NCBI RefSeq assembly: GCF_964204645.1
Contig: NC_134035.1
Coordinates: forward strand, 6,200,001-6,264,000
Origin: Tubulanus polymorphus
Lineage: Eukaryota > Animalia > Nemertea
DNA length: 64,000 bases
Direction of reading: 5' to 3'
Below the pieces are notes generated by a model. It was not told the DNA's origin, made no database searches, and saw nothing but the letters and a program-made list of their open reading frames with translations. Made by a program: the position numbers and the translations under genes. This document shows, piece by piece, positions 1 to 12,545 of this stretch (positions within the stretch are counted from its first letter, which is position 1; each line of letters begins with the position of its first letter).

Positions 1-392
1 CTCAGATACGAGTACAGCACCAGATGGACTATTCAAAATGAAATTCACATCCATCTCTCCGCCTTCAATTACCTACAAACCAAATTACCAGCAAAAACTG
101 TTAAAATTCATTTCTAATTTTAACCTGAAAATCAGACGATTGATTAATTTTAATTCAAAAAAAGTTATACATATATCTGCAATTAATAAACAACCTGGTA
201 TTCTACATCAAACTCGGCTCCTTCTCTATCGTTAACTGTATGAAAGAAACAGTATTTTTCACCGGCGGCCACATCGACTGTCATCTCACGATCTTTACCC
301 GACGCGATTCCAATCACCATTACCAACAGCGCCACGACTAACTGAACTAACAACATCGAATCGACCCGTCTTCCTAAAAGCAACATTTTCAT
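1..392 (-). CDS. TMED5: p24/TMED (emp24/GOLD) cargo receptor, TMED1/TMED5-like; first two exons, gene continues off the left edge
   Basis: Exon 1 (392..195) encodes a signal peptide then DREMTVDVAAGEKYCFFHTV...FDVEYQ; GT-AG intron 194..73; exon 2 (72..1) continues VIEGGEMDVNFILNSPSGAVLVSE. This matches the GOLD-domain pattern of gamma-p24 proteins. TMED1 vs TMED5 is not resolvable by eye. Confidence 0.88.
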
Positions 393-792
393 TATCTATC
401 TCACGTCCTATCCTATACTCTAGTTGAGTTGAATTTCAGCTCGAATTTCATCGGAACTCGTCTCGACCGCCGCAACCCGGAAATAACTGGCAATAAAGTT
501 TAATTGAGCTTGAATTCCTGATGACGTCACGGTAAAAACAATTCAATTTATTTATCATAGTTTGTTATGTTATTATTTGTAAAATATTCGTAAATAGTTT
601 TTACATTCTTATTTCAATCACAACAATTACATCTTTCATTTCTGCTAACTTTTTTCTCACATTCAATAAAGTAAAATTCAATTGTAATTTAAGGCACTTT
701 GAATTGAATTGAAAATTTATTATCGGACTATCCATCAATAAAAAAACGACTTTTGCGCTAAATTTCGGTTCGACAGAGGGACAGTGGATGAA
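393..792. promoter_or_regulatory. Putative bidirectional promoter between TMED and the distal first exon of OSBPL11-like
   Basis: 400 bp between divergent ATGs (392 -, 793 +); CRE palindrome TGACGTCA at 522-529 and ETS-like CCGGAAAT at 477-484. Confidence 0.55.
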
Positions 793-3700
793 ATGGAGGA
801 ATTGAATCTCTCAGAAATGGAATCATTAACTGAAACTGAAAAACAACAGTTAATTGCTGTAATGAAACGAGCCAGGGTTAGTTTACTCTGCCTGTCAAAT
901 CAGACCAGTGACACAGTGTCACTTTGTTGACTGACGACAGTCACTTTTTTACAATCCAGCCTTATAAAGAGTAAAGTGTATTTTGTTTAACTTCCGTTAC
1001 GTGTTTTGGATCTTGATTTCTCAGGACTATTAAATCATTCATTTGACCTTGCATTATTAACAAGACCACGTCCACGTACGACGGCCTTATTACCGCACTG
1101 ATCGCACTTGTGCTTATCACTCGGCACTGATTAAAGAGTGAATTTACAACCTGCTCTCCACACAGAGAGAGAGAGAGAGCTACTGTTACTCTTAAGTGAG
1201 GTGCAGTTTTATTTGCTGCTCAAAACTATGGCCATCTGAAATAAGATCCAAACATTTACCGTACTGACTAAAAATCAACTCAAGCTTATACATTAAGAGT
1301 ACGCCGAAATTAAAATAAAGGCATAATTGAAAATAACAATATACAAATACACTACACAGGGTAAATGACTGACAAAATTGATATTTACATGAATAGGAAA
1401 CGCAATCCCTGGGAAACAATTCATTCCGGCCCATTTATTCAACTTTTAAAAGGCAAAATAATCTAATGAAAAAAAGAAACTTTGAAAAATTTATACAAGG
1501 TAAATGACTGACAAAATTGATATTTACATGAATAGGAAACGCAATTTATTCAACTTTTTTCGAACTGTAATGTACATTAAAATCAAGGCAAAGTAATCGA
1601 TCTTATTTTAGAATAATTATACATTGATACAAATATAAGATTTTATACAAAATAAACAAATGAAAAATTAACTAGAAAATTAAATTTATATATACTAGTT
1701 GATACAAATATCCATGAAAATTGATATGACAATAAGAATGTATGTGTCAAGTTATTTTTTTTTTATTGTAATTGATCTCGTCGCTCTTGAACGCTTTAAT
1801 TGCCCTGGTTTATTCGCTACTTTTGCGGTTTTCGGGATATTCAATTTTCTGTCACTGGACTTGATAACTTTTTCGATCGATTTTGTTTTTGATTTTGCAC
1901 TGAAAAATGTATTCATGATCGCATCCTTTTCTTCCTTCGATTTTTTTACACCATACTACGTGCGAAACGACGTGTTTGCTCAAACGAGGCGAAACTTGGT
2001 AGTTTCCTTGACCGTGTAAGGCTCGGCGAATATCTGCATGCTGCAGTGACCCGTGGCAATATGATATGTAGTGTATCTAAAAACTCCAATAATTAAGTAG
2101 GGGGTCTTATAGCTCAAAATAAAAGCATAGTTCATTAGTGCGTTGTGCATCAGGCGTGTCTGTTAGGGGTTAGGGAACATGGAACAGACCCAGTTTGCAA
2201 TTTATTAATCACTTTGCTGTCATTTCGAAGTAATAACAATTTGGCAAAATAAAGTGATTGTTAGATTTAGAAACAAAATCGGAAAAAAGTTTAGCCTAAC
2301 TCAAACTAAGAAACTAAAAACTACGATATATTACGAAAAGATTTACTTCACAAAATTTGCTCAATTTGCAGAGTGTATTGTTGAGTTTACCAAGGAAACC
2401 TCGTGTTATATAAAAAAACTTATTTCCAAATTCAATTTGCACAGTAGGGCTCATTTAGTGTTGATTTTAATATAAAATATTCAATTTTAGAATTCACAAT
2501 CATTGTTTTTTATTTCGTGACTGTGTTTAGTATAACCCGTGAGTTCATGACGGTGTCTGACGGTCTTCCTGACGGTGTCTGACGGTTCCTAGCGGTTCCT
2601 GACGGTGTTTAGTATGACCCTTAATTACAGATATAATATGATTTCAAGTGTTAAAATCGATAAGGAATAAATAAATATGTTATATTTCATTTCATCTCGG
2701 TTGATCTCGGTAAAATACGTCATCTCGGTAATAAGGATGACCGCAACTGCCAGTCCTTTCTAGGTCTAATGTCCAAAACAAACTGTCCAGCAGAAAATTC
2801 ATACTACGTTAACCTGTAGGTTTTAGTAGGTCTAAGACATTAAAGTTACTGCCAAGTTTATTCAAACCCAGTCAGAGCTCATTTCAGCTGTAAAGCCACT
2901 CAGTCTCAAGACCAGTCTATGCTCATTTAAGTTCTAAAGCCTCTTTTAACCCAGTCTTAAGCTTTTTTCAGTTTTAAAGTCACTGAGACCAGCCTAATCT
3001 CATTTTTAAGGTTCTATCGTACTGCTATAGATGATTGTACAACTCGGACTTGGTTTTAAGACTAAACAACAATGCATGGGTGGTGGAACCGTGGCATTTG
3101 GGGCGTTATTTGCTGGGCCAATATTTTACTATTTAGTTCTGCACATTTTCCAATCATAGAAAGCTGAGTTGTTCATTTCAGCGATAACATTTCCTGATAA
3201 TCTCAAAACACGAAAGGTCCCTATTACTACACTGAATTCAGTAAGTGAAACGGAGATTACTTTTAAAATCGCTATACGTATCTATACTCTACCTTGTACT
3301 ATTTCATAGGGATTTTCAAAATTGAAAAACTACCATTTTCTTCAACTAGAAATAGCCAAAATTGAAGTTGAACCGATGGCACACCCCCACCCAGCTCCCC
3401 TACTGGGGGTGCGATAAGCTGTTTCTGCCTGCCAAGCTTTCAGCCCCAAAAAATATTTAAGAGTTTCCACTATTTCCTATGGTCGGACCAAATCAAATAA
3501 GCTTCTGCCGCCCTGCAATGGCAAGTTTAATAATAAAGCATGCTCGAAACTGTGTCTGATGTCGGATATCTTACTTATTTCGTTAAAATTTTTAACTGTC
3601 TGATAGAAAAAATAACATAAATAGTTCAGGCAAGTACCATATGTGATCAATACTGAGATCATAATAACAGTCGGCGATTGTTATAATCAGCCACACTGGC

Positions 3701-6700
3701 GGCGGCGGTGTGCGATGTGTTTTGGCACAAGCTGATCATATTGTTATCTATATATACAGCCTATATATGTGTCTATAGTACCGTTCCTATTGTATTTGTC
3801 CTCAATTGATAATGCAGTTGAGTCTTTACTGATTATATGTTGTCAGTAAAGAATCGACGTCGATACTTACTGCAGTGATCGTTGCGTATGTTTTCGATTG
3901 AACGTCGTTCATTGTCAGGATTAAAACGATTGAGACTCGTGGATACCGAGATGAGTAGTAGGCCTACCACAGCCGTAGCAGCGGCAGCGGCTAGCAAGCG
4001 GTACACGGTCGGTCACGATAAACGACCAGCGCTGAAAAAGATTGAAGAAATTCATCCGGTTTTAGTCGTGCCCGAAGCACTCGTAAGTTCACTCAGTAAG
4101 GCTGAGCCTGTCTAGTTATACAGTTACTACTTGTGGTCAGAATTGGACAGAAATATGAGCTTAGTCCGGTCTTATCTTAAGTCTCCTGTATAGAACTGGA
4201 TCAAAATCTGCTTAGCATAGTTTTATTTTAAGTCTCGTTGATCAGGTTCATAGCGTCTTGAATGCACCATAATTAAGTGTAGGGCTACTGTTCGTTATAA
4301 GGAAACCTGACAAATTTTCAACTTTTGTTCCATTTTAGGAATTCGAGCAACAGGAAGAAAAATTGAATTTGAGGTAGGCCAAAGTTCAATTGAATTCTGC
4401 TCGATAAAAAGAAAACAACTGTGTTTCCGTGAGTAGAACGTGTTTTTAAACTATTTTCCTTCTTAGGCAACCGTTGGAAGGTCAACTGTATAAGTACACG
4501 AATGTAATGAAAGGCTGGCAGTATCGTTGGTTTACTCTGGATCCAGATACCGGATACTTTGAATACTATGAGGTACGTGTGTACTATGCGTCCAGCCTGC
4601 CAGGAGTGAATGCAGACTGTCGCACATGCAGCACGTGCGACAGTCGCCGTTTTCATTGTGCCCTCAAAAATAAGTTTGAAAAAAAGGCAATCTGAGGCAC
4701 TCTCCTTTGCTGAAAAGGGTGCTATTCTAAAAAAGACATTAATGTTGCATTATTACTTTTAATTGAAAAAGGATAAATTCTGTCAAAAATCTCTAATTAA
4801 GGCACAAGCGAATAGAATGCAACTCGGGTTCCTTCCCCAAAAAGGCACAAAATATAGTGGTGTAATTATTCACATAAGGCCAGTTGTATTCTCAAATTAA
4901 TGATTGACAATTTCAGTGTATAGTTCTATGATTGTGAAAAAGATGGCATGATTGTAAAAACTGTCATTTGGTTTTTCGTGTAAATAAATTTCTATTCGAT
5001 TTGATCAGTTTTCACTTGGAATCTGCATTGTTGAAATTTCTACATTGCTCGAGTGCTTTGCAAATGCATTAGGATAACATGAAATTTCAAAATTTTCAGA
5101 CCCACCTTTATCTGCTTAGCAGCTACGTCACTCACTGGTTGGGCATGTATACTGGCCCTTTTTGAAGTTGATGCCCTTTTTATTTCACTACGCTGTAGTC
5201 ATGGAATGGCCCTAGATCCATTCCTGCCTGTTGTCTTAAGATCTGAAACTGTTTTTACTTATTTTTCAGAAAGAAGAATATAAGAAAAATCGGCCTCGTG
5301 GTTCAGTGCACCTCGCTGTAAGTGTTCTTCTCTATATGAGCCGTTGTTCTGAGGGTTCCTCATTCGCTCCTCAATTACTCCCTCCAATCACTCCCTTATT
5401 CATCAACTAAACTGTTGATATTTTGCTTTTCAATCAATATTATCTGTTGCTGATGTTTTGTTGCTGTTGTTGATAATGAGCTCTATAGTTGCGCGCGTCA
5501 CGAATTATCATTACATTAATTCGAAATAAAGCTTTATCCGCGTGAGCTGAATTAGAGAATAGAATACATTAATACTGCTGCACCAACTGATTTCACAAAC
5601 TCTTTATGTATATATAGTACAGTTAAATGTTGCTGCATTTAGAGCCACTGGGACACTGAGTATCATTATTGCTGCTGTTATTTATAAATTTTGTGGCTTC
5701 ACAGATGGAAAAAATACATGACAATAATGCGCGTTTTGAATGTGCACCGATTTATACGAGGCTAGCATTTAGATTCCACCCTCAAGTTTGATAGGTCAGT
5801 AAAACACAAATGCAGTTCTTCGCTTATTGCAAAATAACAATTCGTTTCAACTTGAAAACGATCTATTTGCTCTGGAAATAACTGATAGTGACTAAACTGA
5901 AGCAGAGACTTTTTTTCATGAAATTTGGATATAACAGAAAGGTTGCGCCCCGTGGAATGCTATGGAATATCGTGGATAACAGTGTTATATTGTATGTCTA
6001 TTGTCGGACTCGAATTAGATATGATTTAGGTATTTAACCGGTGTATGAGTAATTTCTAGGATGTTGTTTTGGTTTTGAGTTGGATCAGGTGATGCCTCAT
6101 ATTTGAATAATAACTGCATCGAAAAATCTGTCACCGCAGTTTTTAAACGTCGAAGTAGGCCTAGCTGATATTGTGAACATATGATATTTTCATCCTCAGT
6201 GGCAGAAGGATAGATAGGTCTGTAGATGTAGATTTTGTGAATGAAATTCTGGTCGATGATTTTATAGCTATTAATATCGACTGATCACTGTTATAATTGG
6301 TAACTATAGGTTTTTGTTGTCATGTGCACTCTTACCAACAATTCACACTGTTATATTTCAATCGTTGTAAGGCTATGCTGTTTCTGATCTCTGTATAGTG
6401 TGATATATTATGGATATCCTTGTCAGGAAACACTTTATTCGTTAGTTTGTTTTAGTTGTAATGAATGAATCCTCTGGGACGAGTGGCTGATGTTATTTTA
6501 AGTGTGATATGATGTACATTGGCGATATTAAGTTGGTTTATTTCTAAATGACCCCTCTGGGAGATAACTGGAAAATAGACCGGCCGATCTAGAAGAGTTT
6601 TTGTGAACTACATCAACTATCTCCCAGTGTATTTTCACTTTGTTTTAATTTTTTTGACGGTCATCTTTTAGTTTCATTCATCATTCCATTTTACTAAATA

Positions 6701-9700
6701 TCTTGAGTATCGAATTCAAGCGTTAAAACATTTGTGATGCAGCATTTCATTTTAGGAGGTCGAATGAAATATTTTCTCATCTCTCACTCTTACTCACTCT
6801 CAGTTTTTCTCTTTGTAGGGAGCTGTTATAAGTCCTTCAGATGAAGATTCACAAACGTTCACATTACACGCTGCTAACACCGAAGTTTATCGTTTAAAAG
6901 GTTCGTTTGTACATTTCTGTCCATTTTCATTACCCGAGTATTATTTCTTGCGGTAACCAGTTTTTATCGACCAACACCTGGCTACTGAGATTATATTTAC
7001 GGTAGACTCCTCAGGGCCAGTCTATTCGAAACTGTGGGTTTATGCAACCAATCACCAAGGCCTAGTTTATTATTGAAGAGAAAATGTAACAAATAGTTTT
7101 TGACCATCATTTTTTGATGCTATGTAGGCCTAGGCCTTTGGCGAGTATATAGATGAAACTGTTCTGGGGCTAAAAGCTGTTTTGCTGTACTGTTTGTCAC
7201 CATCAGTGGAGCATTGCTATATCAACAGATGACTGTAGGCCTATGCCACCAGCTGTTACTGTCATTATATCATTGAAATCAATGTCGAATATCAGCGTGC
7301 CTAAAACATATCAGTTGATGAAACACTGTTTCAACCTTGAAAGGTGAACAATTAATACTCAACACTTTGTGTCAATTTGGGAATATTCCCCGGCTGAGGA
7401 GGCACCGAATGCTATGACGATTACAGTTACAATTTGTTGAGAAATAATAGATGTTATTGTTCGTTGAATTTTGCAGCATTTGACACACGAGAGCGTCAAC
7501 ACTGGGTGAACAGATTACGAGCCGTCGCTGAGTATCATACTGAGAACCTAGCGCAGAAATATCCGAGACGCGAGAGTAATAAATCAACGATATCTCCTTC
7601 ATCGGACGATTCGTACAACAGTAATACAGGTGGCGCTCATAACAGACATATCAATTCACGACCAATTACGCCACCTTCATCGTCATCGTCATCTATAGCT
7701 AGGTATGCCTCTCAATCTCAACTCTGATTAGGCTAAAAAATTGAACCTTGTTTCTGCGCTCAGCTGAGCTTAAAAGTTGACCCGGCCTATCTACCCTTTG
7801 AATTTTTTTACAAAAATCATGATGAATTTTACCACAACAGACCTGGCAGCTATAGATATGTACTGGTTACAAATTTTATTATGTTTTATAAAAATGACCC
7901 AGCCGCTGCGGAGAAACAAGGTATCATAAGTTTTAAAATCAGGAAACTAAGATATCTCTTAGTTAAAGTTCTGCCATCATTGCCACTACGAGTTGACTCA
8001 TAGCTGATCCTCTTTATACACTGTAAATGCTCAATGTAGAATGCTCAATGTACTTGGTCCGTCTCATCTATGGACCAAGTTGGAATGGACTTACTCTAGC
8101 AATAGTGAGAAAACTAACGAAAAAGTAGAATAAGCTCACAACTCTAGAAGACACTAATGACCCCTATTAACAAATCTAAACATTTCAGATCTCAATTGAA
8201 AGGACTATCAGTGAGCAATACATCACTAACAGAACCGTTTCGTCCAGTTAAAGAAGTCATCAAAGAAACAAACGAATGCGCATCGGAATTATCGCGTTGT
8301 ATCGATGACTTACCCACATCTGGTTCGTTATCTTACCCGACTGATAAGGATATATTATTATTGAAAGCGACGTCGTTAGCCGGTATTCATTGTTTAGAAC
8401 AGTGTTTATCTATTTTACAGTCTCAATACCAGGTGAGTAGAACCTCGAAAAACTTAGTAGCTACAAATGTTCCATGTGTGACACGTTTGTGAAATTTATT
8501 TCTCATTTTAGTATCATCAAGTGCAGAAAGCTAGTTTACCCAATGCTGTTGAATGGATTGAGCCTAATTTTACTTCAAAGTGGGTTGAGCCGATTTCATC
8601 GTTTTATAGTTCATTTTCAATTAGTTAAGACACATTGGAGTAAAACTGATCCCTAACCGCTGAACTCAATCCTGCCACCGGATATAATCAGTGCGTGATA
8701 TTGATTTGATTATTTTTGCAGACGTTCTCCAGTCATGGGTCGTCATCGGCGACAATTGAGTCAACACAGTCAGTCGTCTTACGGCACGGGAAGCAGTGTT
8801 GAAAGTGTACCAGAACCCGGTTAGTAGGAATAGCCCATTAGAGAACACGGTCCAGTTTAAAAGTTGTGGTCTATTTTGATACAGAATCGTGTCAATTTAA
8901 GGCCACTCCAAAAATTGTCTGTTTGGTGTTTGTTACCTGAATGTTAACTCTTTGCCTGCCACGCCTATTTTGTCAGGAAATGCTGCACGTTACCGGGATT
9001 TGTTAGATATCTTAAGAGATATCTTCATCAAATTTGTTTTATTGTGTTCATCTGGGTCCAGTTCCACAGTTCTGAGTTAAGATTTGACCCTGGGTTAAAA
9101 CATTGAAAATGAACTAACTTTAACTCAGAGTTAACTCTAACTCACAACTGTGGAACTGGGTCCTGGTCTTGCTTTTTCATGTAAAATAAGCAGCATTTAT
9201 TCTAGGAGTGATACAATCTGTAGCAATCACCAGTGCAGAGGGGGTATTGTGCAGAAAATAAGCCCATTCATGCGTGTTCAGCCCCCATTTCAATAGATGA
9301 TGTCACTAACACACTTCATAGAATGACTGCTGATAATCTGTTTTAGTAGTAAAACGCATTAAATCTATCGTTAAAGTTAAGAAACAGTACGGTTTTGGCA
9401 GGAAAGTGATGGGAGATATCGAACGTACCAGTACGTTTTTGGCAGGCGATGAGTTAAAAGCGTTTCTCATGTTTTTATGTTTTATCATTTTAGTAATAGT
9501 GAATCACGATGAAGATGTAGAAGATGCGCAGGAATACACCGATACAGAACTAGGTGCCGTCGAAGAGCACAAAAGTGTCATTTTGCATCTACTATCACAG
9601 CTAAAATTAGGCATGGATCTGACGAGGGTGAGTTATTCATAATCTCAATGCGTCCATTTATTAATCAGTAATCATACGCACAGGTCAGGTTTGATTGTCA

Positions 9701-12492
9701 GGAGTTGAAATCTGATGCCCGTTAGATGAGTGGTAGTGGAACTGTGTTTGCCTTGTATCAAATTAAACAGTACTGTGTAGGTTTTATTAGAAATCTTCCG
9801 CTACTAATGCATAATAGCTTCATCAGGTCAATGAGACTCATTATCAGGAATTAAGCTACCAAAAAAAATCTTTAATCGTTTTCTTGTAGGAATGTACTCA
9901 AGACAAAGCGGGTGGACAGTACCACATAATCGGGACAATATCATCATATGTTTGGCCAAACAATATGCCGTATAGGCCCCCTATCATTAGAGATTTTAGT
10001 CAGCAGTTTAACATTAACATTTCTTATGAACTCCTCCTGGAAAAAATCCTGGATCTGCGCCTGGTATGCATGTTTGAAGCTTAATATCAAAAACCTCTCA
10101 TATACTGCATTTTATCGATAGGTGGTGCTTCCTACTTTTATACTAGAGAAACGTTCATTGTTAGAGATGTTTGCTGATTATATGGCTCATCCCGATATAT
10201 TTCTGAGGTAAGCATTAAATAGAGACCTTTTTCACGAAGGCATTACTCGTGTCACTTGGTATATAACTGGTGTCCATCTATGCACTGCAGGCCCGTAGCC
10301 AGGGTCCTCCAAGGGGGTGCGATATAAACTATGAGTGGACCTAAACCACGTCAGTAAAGCCAAGCGGCGAAGAATTTGATAACTGTGCTTTATTTCTGGA
10401 GTATTTGAACATTTCATACATTATGGGGTTTATTGAAAATGTACGTACACTGGTCTTTAGATTACCAGGAGAGTGAACATGGAGGAGAGAGTAGAAAATC
10501 AGCATTTTTGAGCGCAGCACCTTGATTTAATTTCTACTTTTTTTATCCGGAAATACATACATATAATAGATATATATGTATAAGAAACATTTGAATGAAA
10601 TGTCTTTCAAGAGAAATAGGGACAATTTTTTTTCATCAGTTAAATAGCAGACCTTCGCACCCGACGCACCCCCCTCTGGCTACAGGCTTGCTATTTAATT
10701 TACAGTCTCGTCCGTCATAAATAAAACCCACATTACCTTTCAATCATTTTGTAACTTGAAATTTTATAAAAATTATTCTTGTTTTCTGTTCATGCGTGAA
10801 GTAATGATTAATGAACACAATTGATAATGATTATTTTAAGGATACCAGACGGACCAGATGCAGAAACCAGAATGATGTCTGTTTTAGAATGGTATTTAAC
10901 ATCTTTACATGCAGGAAGGAAGGTAACTACGGTATTCACTAAACCTAAGCTATCATTTCAAACTGGACTGCATGAATATAAAGAGTCTATATTATTATCA
11001 AATCTGTATTTCTACTTTTTGATTGCGACTCAAACTTTTTCTGAAGAGTTACAAATATCTTATAGAGGATTTACCATATGGTGAAATTCAGAGTCCCTAT
11101 TTATTTATCATTCATTATTGCTATGCTATTTTAGTTAATTTAATTTATGCCAATTTTGAACGGTTAATTTCAGGGTTCAGTTGCTAAGAAACCGTACAAT
11201 CCAATAATCGGTGAGACGTTTCATTGTTCGTGGGACGTCGAGGATCGAGGGGTCGCTACACAGCAACAGCAGACGGATTCATTAGCGACGTCTGCTCAGA
11301 AACCGACTCGAATGACTTACACTGCTGAACAAGTCTCCCATCATCCACCGAGTAAGTCATTATTACTAGCTAGCACCTTTTCACTGTGCTCGGACAAATA
11401 TTTTGAATGAGTTCAATTGAAAATCCACAACTGCCAATTGTCTAAGTAGGAAATCATGCGCCTAGGACTAAATCAGGGTTTCTGAGAAATCTGCTCTGTC
11501 AGGACCACCTGATTTACTCCTAAATTTGGCATTAGAAAAGATTCTGGTAGAAAATTTATAAGGAATTCTCTTTTAATTTACTGTTAAGATATTTTCACAT
11601 GACTTTGTTTTAGTTTCTGCGTTCTATTTCGAATGTCCTGATAAGAGAATTTACATGAATTCGTCAATATGGACGAAATCGAAATTCATGGGCATGTCAA
11701 TAGGAGTTTGTATGATCGGAAAAAGTAAGTGTTTTACATTCTCTCTGTGATATCCAAGCCTATAATAAATTTCAGGGTCAAGACAGATGAAATCTGTGAA
11801 TTTGACACCTATGACATTTCTGCCTCACAAGAATTCATCAAATTCTTTGATTTTAATCTTTAAAGAATTGTAAATTTATTCAGTGGGTTATTCTGTCAAT
11901 CATGTCTTGGTTTTAACCATGTTGTGGCATGCACTTAAAATTTCATGTCTTGCAGCTTTGTAGCGAGACAAATCTCGCGAAGAGCTTTCAGTGTAGTTTG
12001 TTTTCAATCGGCTCTTCTGTTTGTTCTAGTGTCGTTGAATCTATTGGATCACGATGAAGAATATGTGTTTACATTACCTAGTGCGTATGCGCGTTCGATA
12101 CTGACAATACCCTGGGTTGAACTCGGTGATAAAATCAATATAACCTGCACAAAAAGCGGCTACTCATCGTCTATTACATTTCACACGAAGGTTAGACATC
12201 TCTGTAATATCTGTTTATGTAATAACTCACTCACTCAGCGCTCGGTCACTGCAACACTCATATCTATATGAAATATCTCAATCAATATCTTATTGACCAG
12301 AATTAAGTCCTAATATGGAATATTGGTAAAACTTGTGATATGTTTTGGATTTTTTTCCAGCCATTTTACGGAGGGAAGTTACATCGGATCACGGCTGAAG
12401 TTAAAGACGGTAAATCTGGTAATGTAACATGTCGTGTGAATGGTGAATGGAACGGAGCTATTGAATTCCAATATAGCAACGTAAGTTACTGT

Positions 12493-12545
<53 letters not shown>

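Noticed and set aside
4010-4016. Alternative phase-2 donor (CG|GTACAC) joining exon 1b directly to the PH exon
   Set aside because: Weak donor; GTAAGT at 4083 plus the 4339-4373 microexon explains the frame better.
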